DNA of 61,788 nucleotides, filler included, from Dugesia japonica (taxonomy: Eukaryota): NCBI GenBank assembly GCA_001938525.1. It is 6 parts of 6 records of this genome, joined end to end, with 100 filler letters (N's around TTAATTAATTAA, not from the genome) between each part and the next. Parts side by side here need not be neighbours in the genome. Positions count along the whole stretch, not along the records: positions 1 to 10,584 come from MQRL01389502.1; positions 10,685 to 20,501 come from MQRL01639950.1; 4 more parts are not named here. One strand, written 5' to 3'. This document shows positions 1 through 12,692 of the stretch, piece by piece. Every line of letters begins with the position of its first letter. The first letter of the stretch is position 1. The translations under genes were made by a program, and so were the position numbers. The notes beneath the pieces were generated by a model that worked only from the letters and a program-made list of their open reading frames with translations, had not been told where the DNA came from and made no database searches.

Positions 1-300
1 GTTTGCCATGAATATTCCTTTATGAATCATTATAACTTTCTTTAAATTCTCATTTGGCTTGTTAATCAATATTTGTATTGCTCTCTGTTCTCTCTCTTCA
101 TCCGTTGTATCACGTCCATACTTTGCTTCTATATTACAAAGATACATTTCATTATCCTCACATTTAGTCTCTCTTCAAGCCGTTGGACTCCAAACTGTTT
201 CTGTAATTTTATTCCTCCTATTAAATCCGGATGTATATATTTCACCACAATGGATTTAACTGTTTCGCTTTTATTCTCGATATTTAATGATATAAAAAAT
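1..300 (-). mobile_element. Ty3/gypsy protease-RT linker remnant
   Basis: Minus-strand peptides IVVKYIHPDLIGGIKLQKQFGVQ and AKYGRDTTDEEREQRAIQIL...KGIFMAN resemble the post-protease regions of the gypsy copies at ~47850 (VKDIRPEFIGGID) and ~53400-53640. Confidence 0.55.
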
Positions 301-651
301 TTCAAAAATCTCAGATATTTGAAATCCATGAATCACCCTTACAATAGTAATTAAATGATTGTTTTTTAAATCATTTTTTAAAATTTGTACATAAAATTCA
401 AGTATAAGATATATTAACCTAAATTTTGATTTTTGTTGAGACATTTAATTCGATAAATATGGTACTTTTATTACAATTTGGTTTCTTACATATAATATTT
501 TACATTTTTTTATTATACGATTTTTCTATTTTTTATTTTTAATATAATATNNNNNNNNNNNNNNNNNNNNNNNNNNNNNNNNNNNNNNNNNNNNNNNNNN
601 NNNNNNNNNNNNNNNNNNNNNNNNNNNNNNNTTAAATTTTAATATTTTCAG

Positions 652-3600
652 GTTCGTTTGTCTCAATTTTCTGATAGTTTCGTAATATGGCAAAACGGAT
701 CTTTGTTAAATAAAAATGATGATAAAGCATTATTGACAAAGTTAAAGTAAATTATTTTTTTTTGACTGATAATAATATTAATAATTGATTATTATTAAAA
801 GCGACACTACTTTGAAAGTTTGCGCTAGAGGCTTTTGGCCAGAAAATATATTATTCATCATTCATGAAATGTTTGAAACTCTTATTTCCGAAGCATTTAG
901 TGGTGTGAAATATGAATATCAATTATCATGCAAGAAATGTATAGCAGAAGTAAATATTCTATTTTTTATTTTATTTATACTATAAATTTAATTACCCGTC
1001 ATATATTACAATTACTTCATATATTACATAAATTACAAGTCAACTTTTCCACAAACCAACACAACTAAAATGATTAAATTATATTTTTATAATTACAATT
1101 ATTGTGAGAATAATTGTGGGACTTAACCATTGATCGGATTTGAGATTTCATTAAAATAAGATAAGGCTTCGATCGAAGCCTTATCTTATTTTAATGAAAA
1201 GATTAAATTATAATTCAAATTAAAAATATTTTGTCTGATCAAACTACTTAATAAAGATATAACGAATTTGTTGAATTTAAAGAATATTAAATTTTAAAAA
1301 TGTTAAACATAGCATGAAAATATATTTTATCATATTCATTTAAATAAATGCTTAAGCTAAATTGTTTTTACATGAAACAAAAAATTAAGTTAATGGTAAA
1401 ATATAAATTAAATTTATAATAAGAAAATTATTTTTAACTTACTTTAGTGATCGAAACAACGAATAAATAAATTTATAATAACACAAACTAAGAATAAAAA
1501 ATTTGAAGTGTGTTCGCATTTAATATTAAAACGATTTTAATTCAAATGCAAAATAAAACGTTAAAATCTAAAAAAATTAACTACTGACAATTGTCAATAC
1601 AATAAAAATGGTAAATTAATAAATTAATAATAAGCGTTAGATCTATTGTAATTCATCATTTAATCTGTTATTTTAAATTTATTATCGATTTTTCACTTCT
1701 ATTTTTCCACCATAATTAGATTTGCNTAAACTCATAATTTTGAATAAACATAATTCTACTTGTATGCCAATTCATGCACTATTATAATTTTTTTATAAAA
1801 CTTATAATATAATTTAATTTATAATTATAATTTATAATAATATTTTTGTTGATATTATATATAAAAGTTGTGGCCGAAAAAAATCTCATTAGAAATACCG
1901 CATTTCACGCGTTTCTCATTGATTAATAATTATTAGATTTAAGATAATATTATTCAAGCATTTTTAGAATGTTTTATTGATTTAGAGAGAGCCATTTCCC
2001 TATGTTTTCAATAAATCTATTTTACAAAGAGCAATTCAATCAAAAACAATGTTCATTCAGTGCCACAGAAACTTTCATATTATAACAATGAGTGAAATTC
2101 AAGGTTTTTATTGATTTTTATATTAATATTTGTACAAATGAATGTCATATATATGAGATACATATTTCGTTAATTGGGAAATAATAAATATAGTTTTTCT
2201 TATTTTTAATTTGTTACCAGCTGGAGATTCTACACAAAAGCTCTTAATATTATATTTAATTAATTACTGCTAATAAACTGACTTGACTCCTATTATCAAA
2301 TAAATGTACATCTGGCAGAAAGACCTCGACTTTTGCTAAATATTACTTTAATAGTTAATTCAATTAAAATGTTTTCAAAAGCAATCTTTATTTTTAATAA
2401 ACTTTATTTATATAACATAATTTATAATTAAATTCTTTCGACGATAATTATGCATAACTCATATTTTTGAAAGAAAACAAATTAAGTCTTCTCTGCTAAC
2501 AACTGAATTTTTATCAGTATTTATGTTGATTTTTTGAACTCATACCACACTTGCAATTTTTTGGATATTCCAAGAATTCATTAATTACTGCAGATATTTG
2601 ATAACAGATAAAATCAACAAAAGATTTTAATTTAGATTTCTAAAATGTTCAATCACACACACTAACTCACCTATACTTTATTTGCATGTCGATTTAATTT
2701 AAATCAATATATTTAAACAATCAATTTTTAAAAATATTTATATGGTTTTTATTAATACAAAGTTTGCGAATTGAATTTTAAAAAATTTAATGAAATATTT
2801 CTAGAAAAATTATTGTATACTTCAGATATTTTTTAAAAAGAGATGAATGAATAAATAAACTGAAATATCTAAAATCAATTTTTTAAAATATATTTATTAT
2901 TAATTAGAAATTTAGAAATTAATTTAGTTTTTCAAATTTCCACAATAAAATTAATTATTTCAATTGAAATTTTCCATATAAATATTTAAAATTGTAAATA
3001 TACGTTTACTATAAATTTTTAATTTAATTCATTTATTTTAAAAAATATATTTCAAATTCCAAAAATTAAATTCCACTTCTCAAAAAATTTAGCTCTGTAC
3101 TTAATCATTGCTTACAGTATTATTTATTTTTAGAATTATTTTTGAATAAGATTTAGCTCTGTAGTTAATCATTGCTTACAGTATTATTTATTTTTAGAAT
3201 TATTTTTGAATAAGATTGTGAGTTTTATTTTCCTTATAGAAAATTTTATAATTTTGACCTTCAATATTTTTCTCTTCACGTCTAGAATCCTTCGCGATAT
3301 ACAAAGTTTGAGACTTTAATACATTAAACAAAATCCAAAATAATTAGTTTGAATTCTAAAAAATGTGAGATTACAAAGTAAATTTCATAATGAAGTGATT
3401 AAGTAATTATAAATTGCAATGTAAATATAAAATTCTTTTTTGAAAATAATACTCCGTAACATGTAAAGTAAAGTTTTATAAATAAACATTATTGACTTCA
3501 GATATAAGTGCTCCATCTACAAACCCGATTTTATAGAACAATTGATTAAATCCTTGTAATATTAATTTACTTATTTNTTTAAATAGGATTAGCATTATAT

Positions 3601-6600
3601 TTATCACGTGAAATGCATATTGAATTTTTGAGATAACTTTCTTGGGGTTATTAATACCTGTCTTTAATATTGATTTTTGGAAACCCGTAAGAAATTACTC
3701 ATTTTGAATGTGGGCATAATGCTTTCAGAAGTAATTTCTCCAATATTAACAACTATTTCTATAGATTTGTTGTAATCATTTACCAAGAACAAGAAAACCC
3801 CAGAACAAAAAACATTCGAGTTATGCATGGCATGAAATTTTCCATTAATAGAAAGTATTCTATTTTGAATAATCTAATTACAAAATGTTTATCTTAAAGA
3901 GCTAAAACTAGATCCATAGGTACACATCAGGTCAACTGCGAAATGGTTTTTACATAGAACTATGACAAAATTTATAGAAATTGTATAGACGTCACTAAAT
4001 ATTTTATGAAATTACATAGAAGTCGATAGAGCTTTCAAAATCCTATGTAAAACAATTGGGAAATAATTAGAAAATTTCATAGAAGTCATAAAAATAAATT
4101 TTGCTGGTTGCCTGTGTGTGTACGCATCCACTTACTGGTAAGCAATCTTCGATCGTATTTATAGAGATTATTATAGGGTTTCCATTTTCGGTAAACGGTA
4201 ATTATCGGTTTTACCGGAAATTTTGATTTTTATTCGGTAAACGGTATTACCGATTACCGCATAATTATTTTACTTACAATTTGTAAGTTACAAATTTTAT
4301 ACAGCCAAAAAAAATGTTTTAGAAAAACATAAAATTATTAAAAAAGATTTATGTTTTAGTTAGATATATAAAATGTAGACTTTATGAATAATTAATTATT
4401 ATAATCATTGCCTATATCTAAGAAATATTTTAATAAGGTTTTCTTATTTGTTAAATCCATATATATTCATATCATTTACCGTCGGTAAAAACCATTTTTT
4501 ACCGGTAAATTGCCGGTTTTTGAGAATTTTAATTTTTAAATTACCGGTAAAAATGGAAACCCTAGATTATTAGCAACTTGGTATAGTTTGAAATAAAAAT
4601 AATATAAATGCGTTATTTTTTACAGTTAGAGTTAAAACCGATTTTAGGAGCNNNNNNNNNNNNNNNNNNNNNNNNNNNNNNNNNNNNNNNNNNNNNNNNN
4701 NNNNNNNNNNNNNNNNNNNNNNNNNNNNNNNNNNNNNNNTCATTTGACAAAAGTGTAATTAAAAAAAACAACTGAAGCATTTGTTTTTAATGCTTCATAG
4801 GTTGTTAAAATTTTGATGATATGAAAGAAATTAACTAAAAAATAAAACGTTAATTAGATGAATTTGATTGATATCTTGGATATTAAATGATCAATCTAAT
4901 ATTCTTTATTTGATAGCTAGTTAGTTAGTAGTAATCTTAAATCTCCATTTTTTTAAAATATCTTAACGATTTATTTGTTTTGTTAAAAGTTGAAAAAGAA
5001 TTTATTTTATTTATAGTTCAAATACCACACAGTTAATATAACATACAAATACGTAGATAGTGGAGCACTATGCTACCCCCCTTGGGTAGAAAATCTTTGT
5101 TGAAGTGACCCAGTATCCATCAGCCAAACTTGAGATTTTTGTTAAAGTAGCTCAGTGTTCACCAATCAAATTGCAGTAATGAATTTTTTATCCGGGTGGT
5201 TGTCCTTTTTTCCATTTAAATAAATTTATTTCAGATAAAATTTATAATAGGTGTAAATAGTTAAAATATGTATCCCAAACGATCCCATTGTTACTCAATG
5301 CCACCAAAACAAAAACATACATTTAATGGCCTGGAAACCTTTTTAATTTCTGCTTTTGTTTAATACCGCGCACTTTCAGAATCACATCTCCATTGAATTA
5401 ATTTGTTATTATTTGTACAACACAATTCTAATTATTGAAATATTCCTTGAGTCTTCAAAGATTTCACTACGTTATTAAGCTTATTAAAGTCAAATTTTTC
5501 TGAATCAATATTTCCACGAGACTGATCTTATATCTTATTTGTAAAGATACCTCTTTAACAGAGAATAACCTTTTTTAACATTCAATAATTTTATTTTAAA
5601 CTAGGAATGAAAAAAACCATGAAAACTCTTATTAATCTAATTATTTCACATTAAGAAAGTACTCCACCAGATAGTATTGAAGATTATGATTTACAATTCA
5701 AAAAATCTGTTCATTTTATATCAGCTAATCGAGAACAAACCAATCACTCATTAATGATACTTGTATCTGACCTTGATTATCAAAACGAAACAGAATTGTT
5801 GAATACACCAAAACGATTAGCTAAAGATTTGAATAAAAATCAATACACAGTGTAAATTATAAAATTTATATTTATCATTTCTTGATTGTTGATAAAGATG
5901 GTGTGAACCATTAGTAGAAGGAACTCCAGAAGATAAATATATTGATATGCTAACCCGTTCAGAAGTAAGAATTATTTTTTATATTTTTTTGTTGTTTATT
6001 AGTTCATTTTTAAAAAATCGATAATATATTGANCGTTTTCTAAAGATTGTGGCGGAAGCTGAAGACTAAAATTATTTTTTAAAAATCAGAGTAAAAATGT
6101 CAGTGAAGGTTTCATTATAATGCAAATAGATAACTCAATCAATTTCTAATTAAAATTGTGACAATTTTGTGTATTTGGAGATGTAATGAAATTTTGTTTA
6201 GATTAACGTTCTTACATTGTTTGATCATTATTTAAACATAATATCCTTCATTAAAAGTAAAGGATTGAAATTAATACGGTGAAGTTAGTCAGAGACAGTT
6301 TAGATTTTATATAACTGTTTATTTATACAAGGTTATAAGAAATTGCTGCAAACATAATGATTAAAAGATCTATTTTAAAATAAATCTTTCTTTACAAAAT
6401 TTTTATTTAATATAAAAATTTTAAAGCTTATATGGAAACCAAAATTTTTATTATCTATGGATACTTTCTTCTTTAACATTATTTTCAATATTTCTTTGAA
6501 TCAAATTAAAAAGTCTACTTAAAATTCGTAAATAGTATATTTATTGTAACATTAAATTACACTACAAATAATAATTTCTAGTAATAATTTATGAATGAAA

Positions 6601-9600
6601 TATTTCATATAGCAATCTATATTTTATCCATTAAAATAAAATCTTCGATCAAAATTGATTTTTGATTGATTCTTTTGAATTTGATAATGAAAAGCGATCA
6701 ATGGTTACTTCCAACTGTTTTTCTCGCAATAATTGTAATTGTAAAACTATATTATATTGGTAAATTTTTGAAAACAAATAAATTTGTTAAAATTTGTTCA
6801 AAACGTAAATTCAAAAAAAAAGTTCATTCGAGAAACATTTTTTACACATAAAAAGATCAAAATCGAAAGCAATGTAGTTGTAACTTATTTTTTAATTAAT
6901 TGTTTTGAATATAAATAATTAAACAGGCAGAATTGATGACATTTGTTATATCATTTCGAGAATCTTACTTTTAAAAAAATATACCGGACCCTATATTCCA
7001 AATTGGAATTTTTCAAAACAAAAATGTCTAATATCTACAAATTTTCGAGAATTTTATCCTCGATATAAAAAATATATTCCCTTTTTTAATTTCTTTTAAA
7101 AAATTTATCCACACTTTTTCTATTGTTGATAAAATCAAGAGGGGATATGCGCCACTATCTACCTATTTTAAATTGAACTTTATACTGGTGGATAATACCT
7201 TGATATTTCTATAATTAATAATTTTTTATAATTTACTTGTATAGATTAGCTTATATGTTGAAATTCTGTTATTTTAAAGTTTTCATAACGATAAAATTAA
7301 ATGTTTATTATTATCCAACAATCATCATTCAACATTGAGAGAAATAAAAAAAANNNNNNNNNNNNNNNNNNNNNNNNNNNNNNNNNNNNNNNNNNNNTGT
7401 CTATCAGTTGGTAAACAATATTGTTAATCCAATTAAAAGAAAATAATTAATGATTTCTTAAAATTATTTTTACGATTTTTTTTATTCAACTACATGAATT
7501 ATTAAAATCATTTTAGAATTTTACTATTTTTATAATTTAATCCTTAGACACATAAAATTATAAATTTTCACCCATTCACATTTTCATTTGTATCTTTATG
7601 CACTGTGATAAACTAATTTGTAATGAACGTACAAAATATCTCGAACATAATTGCAAATAGATAATTTGGAATCGATTTGAATGAAAAATCATAGTTTTTA
7701 GTTAAATCATATAATTTTCATTTTTGACAGAGTCATCATGCATCTTAGAGTTAACAATTTAATTAGCGGTATCGGACATTGTTTTTATAATTATTTTTCT
7801 TTCTACGAATTATTGATTTTAATTTTAATGTTTTTACTTTATTTTTTTATAAAATTATCTTTGAAAATTCAGTTTTCTTTAAGTAATTGTTTTCCTGCTT
7901 TTGCTATATTTTTACATTTACTTATATTTTGTAAAAATTATTATATAAATATTGTATTACGTAATTGTACATTAATTTGTAGGCTGTCATCAGCGTAGTT
8001 TCTGGAAATTTTACAAATAATAAATTATGTATGGATTTATTAAAATTGGCTAAAAATACTTTAAGAAAGAATCTGATTCTTGCATTAATTGATAAAAATT
8101 ATACAGAAAGTACTTTGGGCTTTGAAATCGCTGGAGACGTAATTTAATTTTATTTGTAAATTTTATTGAAAATTGTATCTATCAATTTTTTTAGAAATAT
8201 ATCAATTTTCAACGTGTCAATCTTTATGATAATAAGTTTAGTGAACTTCTTCATGACCTCGGAAATCTTTTGGAAGTAAAAGATACTCAAGTAAAATGTT
8301 TTTTTTTGTAATAAATANNNNNNGTAATAAATAGTTAAAAATGAAAATATTTTGTTACAAAGATTTGATAAATTAGAAACTGATAATAAATGAAAACAAA
8401 AATTAGCTTAAATATTCTTAAGAGATTTATACTGAAAGGAAAGTTATTGGAAGCACAGTTGTAAATAATATTAACACGGCGGCAATTGTCTCTTAAATCC
8501 GTAATAATATAATAAATTGAGAACTACCGTCATGGTTATAAAAAATTGACTAATATTAAAATTAATATCTTTTTCAAAGCCATTCAATTTATTTGAGTTT
8601 TACAAATTTAAAAATAATAAATGGAATTAAATTAAATAAAAGATTTTAAATAATTAAATTGAAATTAAAAATAATTTTTAGATAAATTTTATGTTGAAGA
8701 TAGCTGGTTACCAAAACTAGCTCGATGTTTGCGTGCCACTTAATTTGTCGAAAAAAAATTTATTCAATTGAATTTCTATCTGCCAATATCTAATAAAATG
8801 TAATGAAATTGAGCCTTTTCTAGAGCGGTTAATCACAAGTAATAAAAAGAGGATCACATACGAAAACAATGTTCTATAAAACCGTGGTAAAAATAAAGAT
8901 GATTCCTCACAGATAATCTAAAGTCTATGAATGACTCCAAAAATGTCATGCTATCTCTCTGGTGGGATTTCAATGGTATTGTGCGTTATGAGGTTCTTCT
9001 CTCTGGCAAACGTTTGACTCAGACCTTTGTTGTCAACAATTCAAAAATAGTGACCAAAATTGATGAACAGAAAAATTATCGTCTTTCATCACGACAACAA
9101 CAGGTCACATGCATCTGTCACTACGCAGCAAAGATTAAGAGAACTTGAATGAGAAGTTTTGATGAATTCACCTTATAGTCTAGACCTTGCACCTTTGGAC
9201 TATTATTTGTTTTGGTCTCTACAGAACTTCCTTTATAATGTAAAATTTGATTCTAAAGAGACCTGTGTAGATCATTTATCACAACGTTTTAATTAGAAAC
9301 CACAGAGTTTACAGAGATTACATTATGGCGTTGTCAGAAAAATAGCAAAAAAGCACCGAACAACAATTGTGCAATTGTTTACCATTTATTAGCTAAATTT
9401 TATACTTTAAAGTTGTGAAGAAGACATTCCTGAAATGGCTAGCTCCAAACCAGAAGTCATACATATTCAGTATTGTATGCTTTTGGATTTTCACAAGAGT
9501 AGTAACGCAACAGTTGCTACCAAAAAACATTTAAGATGTTTATCTAAGTGCATTAGATTTTCCTAAATGCCAAAAGTGGTTTTCTAAGTNCAGGTCCAGT

Positions 9601-10560
9601 AGTTTCGATCAGGAAAACTAACAACTTTAGACAATAATGTGTTAATTCATATCAGAAAAACGAAAAACTGTTAAACATCTTCTTACCAACTTTGGTCTAC
9701 CATCCAAGAACATTTGTAGAAGATTGGTAAATTAATCAGAGCTGCTGTTTGGGTCTCGCATTATCCGTTCAAAAAACCAAAGTTAACCGATCCACTACAT
9801 GCGACTGATTTTTCAATGGTACAATACAGAAACGTTTTTTTAAAGTAAACGCTATCAAGAATTAGAATTTTTCTCGGTGATGATTTTCTGGTTTGAAAGA
9901 TAGCTTTTATATTTCATGACACTAAAATTTGTAGTTCGAATATCGCGCATAGTATTTGGAGCTAGGTAGAAAAGTTAGGCTAACAAATTTAAAAATCTTG
10001 TAGCTTTTTATCTTGTGGTTGGTTTTACTACCGAGTTTGAAGTAACTGGTTTTCAAGTGGATAGTCATTAATAATTAACGAGACGGATAAGATGACGAAG
10101 ATTAGCCATCTAACCTACTGAAGATAGAAAACTAAAAAACTCTTCTCCTACAAATTCTAATAGATAAAGAAATGCAGAATAGCGAAATATATTATAAAAT
10201 TAATTAATAAAAATTAAATAGTGGATATGTATTCCTACATTTTATTAATTTTCAGACTGGGAATGTGCAAAAACACAGAGTTTTCATTTCATATTGTTGG
10301 GATAATTCCCAACGAGCATTTGATAAAGGAAATTCGAAAGTAATTCACAAAGACTCAATTGGGTGGGGTGACCCTAGAGACATCAAAGATTATATCGAAC
10401 AACAAGGTTTAAGTTGTTGGATAGATGTGGAAATGATAGGATCGGTAAATATACCATATTTAATTTCGATTATTTCACTATAACATAGACATCGGTTTAT
10501 TCAGAAATAACCACGGGTTTACGGCACAGTGAAATTATGGTTGCATGTCTTTCGAAAGAG
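652..10560 (+). CDS. Partial spliced gene: probable ROCO-family COR C-terminal region, then a degenerate TIR-like domain and a TIR_2 domain
   Basis: Phase-consistent GT-AG exons 652-746, 802-949, 1986-2103, 5656-5851, 5898-5964, 7983-8138, 8195-8290, 10256-10444 and 10489-10560 join without stops. VRLSQFSDSFVIWQNGSLL and GFWPENILFIIHEMFETLISEAFSGVKYEYQLSCKKC are COR-like (from memory). VFISYCWDNS...DPRDIKDYIEQQGLSCWIDVEMIGS...ITTGLRHSEIMVACLSKE is a clear TIR. The gene is cut by the spacer. Confidence 0.78.
1089..1199 (-). mobile_element. Short Penelope-like insertion (ORF-start segment) ending in a 54-bp perfect palindrome
   Basis: Minus strand gatcgaagc...atgaaatctcaaatccgatcaatggttaagtccc...aattgtaatt matches 22690-22775. 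The palindrome spans 1146-1199. Confidence 0.65.
3087..3217. repeat. ~64-bp tandem duplication
   Basis: tttagctctgta(c/g)ttaatcattgcttacagtattatttatttttagaattatttttgaataaga occurs twice in tandem. Confidence 0.9.
4174..4564. mobile_element. hAT-type MITE
   Basis: TIR TAGGGTTTCCATTTT...AAAATGGAAACCCTA. Perfect 8-bp TSD GATTATTA (4166-4173 and 4565-4572). Subterminal CGGTAA/TTACCG repeats. Confidence 0.9.
6629..6750 (+). mobile_element. Short Penelope-like insertion with inverted upstream segment
   Basis: cgatcaatggttacttccaac...ctcgcaataattgtaattg matches the PLE ORF start at 22723. The upstream cttcgatcaaaat is the GATCGAAG motif in the opposite orientation. Confidence 0.55.
8745..9365 (+). 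mobile_element. Mariner transposase remnant (catalytic region)
   Basis: EPFLERLITSNKKRITYENNV, VMLSLWWDFNGIVRYEVL and SPYSLDLAPLDYYLF motifs, with frameshifts. Confidence 0.85.
9434..9845 (+). mobile_element. Second mariner remnant (N-terminal HTH region)
   Basis: HIQYCMLLDFHKSSNATVATK and downstream degenerate WVPH-like region. Confidence 0.6.
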
Positions 10561-10584
10561 GTAAATTTTAAATTAGTATTAAAA

Positions 10585-10684
10585 NNNNNNNNNNNNNNNN
10601 NNNNNNNNNNNNNNNNNNNNNNNNNNNNTTAATTAATTAANNNNNNNNNNNNNNNNNNNNNNNNNNNNNNNNNNNNNNNNNNNN
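10585..10684. other. Artificial contig spacer
   Basis: N44-TTAATTAATTAA-N44; the 12-mer places stops in all six frames. Confidence 0.95.
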
Positions 10685-10724
10685 TTTGTTAAAATAAATT
10701 CTGAATGGTTCTCCATATTTCACC

Positions 10725-10910
10725 TATATATGTATCTTTACATATGACCCGTGTTATATTTGTATTACCTACATATACAGGCGAAACATGCATAATCATC
10801 CGTACAAAAATCAAGAAACATCTCAAGCAGAAAGAAAGTAAAGTTTTCAAACACTTTCGATATAAAATTTTACCAGAACAACATACCAAAGATTCTATGA
10901 GAATATGAGA
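10725..10910 (+). mobile_element. Penelope-like GIY-YIG endonuclease remnant
   Basis: PTYTGETCIIIRTKIKKHLK resembles the PLE YIGET.R.L.TRIKEH motif. Confidence 0.65.
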
Positions 10911-11050
10911 TGATACTTACAATTTTATTTTATTATATTTTTTATTAAATTATCTAAATGTAATAAGGAAAACTATTTTTTAAACTAATCATACACTGTT
11001 TATAAACAGTTTAGAGTAATGAATAACTCTTTAATATTGATTTACTATAG

Positions 11051-11463
11051 TTTGTGTCTGAAGTATTTGAATATTTAAAAGATGCTAAAGAAATTTTAAC
11101 TAATCCTCGAAGGAAATCAATAGAAGAACATATCACCAATCCGAAACGAGTTATTTATTCAATTTTATGTAAATGTAACAAGTTTTTAAATTTAGAAATG
11201 TTTCCATCCACCTATACCATCGAATCTCGCTCTTAGTATTTTCATTCGAGATTCAACCTTAATATTAGCTGCATATCTCTTAGAAATGAATCAAAGTAAA
11301 CGCTATGAACTAGCGGGGAGAATTACAGTAATATTTTTATTTTCTTTTTACCTTTATTTTTCTGTAGGTGGATTGTGTTGTGCCATGGTTGTCCGAGGTT
11401 CTCGATCATTTGACCTATTCTATTAATACTTGTCTATTTTTAATGAATAAAATTAGAAAATAA
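11051..11463 (+). CDS. ROGDI: Rogdi homologue, last three exons
   Basis: Exons 11051-11149, 11196-11327 and 11368-11463 (introns 46 and 40 bp): ILTNPRRKSIEEHI...CFHPPIPSNLALSIFIRDSTLILAAY...VDCVVPWLSEVLDHLTYSINTCLFLMNKIRK*. This matches the Rogdi C-terminus (PPLPSDL; ECxVPWLNEVL; LCQQLKDKI). Confidence 0.85.
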
Positions 11464-11579
11464 TAACTTAATAATGCTGTGTCCTATTATTGTGTATTGG
11501 TTTATACAATGAGTAACTATCTTCTTTACTTTTATTTATCTGTCGATCTGATTGGTTGGAAGGATTTATTTGTAAATGA

Positions 11580-12255
11580 AATTATAATTATTTAGTATTA
11601 TTTTTTATTATTATTATTGATTAATATTATTATTATTATTNATTATTATTATTATTAATATTATTATTGTTATTATTATTGATTAATATTATTATTGATT
11701 AATAGTATTATTGATTATTATTTATTATCATTATTATTATTGATTGTTATTATTTTATGATTATTAGTATTTTTATTATTATTATTGATTGTTATTATTT
11801 TTATTATTATTGATTTTTATTATTATTGTTATTACTATTATTATTATTGATTAGTGTTATTATTGATTATTATTTATCATTATTATTAATATTGATTGTT
11901 ATTATTATTGTTATTTATTATCATTATTATTGATTATTGTTACTATTATTATTATTGATTAGTATTATTGTTATTATTATTGATTATTATTATTGATTGT
12001 TATTATTATTGATTATTATTATTACTATTATTATTGATCATATAATTATTGTTATTATTATTTATTATGATTATTATTATTGATTGTTATTATTATTGAT
12101 TTTTAATATTATTATTGATTAATATTATTGTTATCGTTATTATTGATTATTAGTATTTTTATTATTATTGATTTTTAATATTATTATTGATTAATATTAT
12201 TGTTATCGTTATTATTGATTATTGTTATTACTATTATTGATTATTATTGTTGTTA
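11580..12255. repeat. Degenerate (TTA/TTG)n microsatellite tract
   Basis: About 670 bp of interrupted TTA repeats. Confidence 0.9.
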
Positions 12256-12692
12256 GATGAATTTCGGAGTACCCATCGATGGAATTAAAAAATCAACACT
12301 TTCCTTTTCCAAAATTTNNNNNNNNNNNNNNNNNNNNNNNNNNNNNNNNNNNNNNAGCTATAAATTTGTCTTTTTCAAACAAATTTAAAAAATTGATATT
12401 CGAAACGGAAATTTAAAAAAATATCAGTTTATTTAAATTTATGTCATTAATTCGGTTTATTTTAGTAAATAACGTAAAAAATATGATTTCTAATATAATC
12501 AGAAATTTTATAAGTTATGTTGAGTTACTAGGCTTTTTGATGTTGTTTAATTATTGTTTTTCTGATTTTGTTTTTCGTTCTCCCGCGATCCAATTTCTTC
12601 TCTTGATTATCATTTCTGTCTGGGGTATGATACCTAGTAACCACTGAAATTTGTGATGCTTTCTCCTGCATCACGATCCCCAATTCCCGGAT

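Noticed and set aside
6666-6851. Apparent conserved hydrophobic micropeptide (KSDQWLxPTxxLAIIVI) in five dispersed copies
   Set aside because: It is an alternative frame of the Penelope ORF start. The RSMVKSNN frame continues into a PLE domain at 22723, whereas the DQWL frame usually lacks a start codon and soon hits a stop.
9880-10140. Possible tRNA-derived SINE (gtagttcgaat B-box-like; similar at ~36550)
   Set aside because: No convincing A box, cloverleaf or second copy in the window.
10629-10640. TTAATTAATTAA as a piggyBac TSD or regulatory site
   Set aside because: It always sits between exactly 44 Ns on each side, so it is a synthetic linker.
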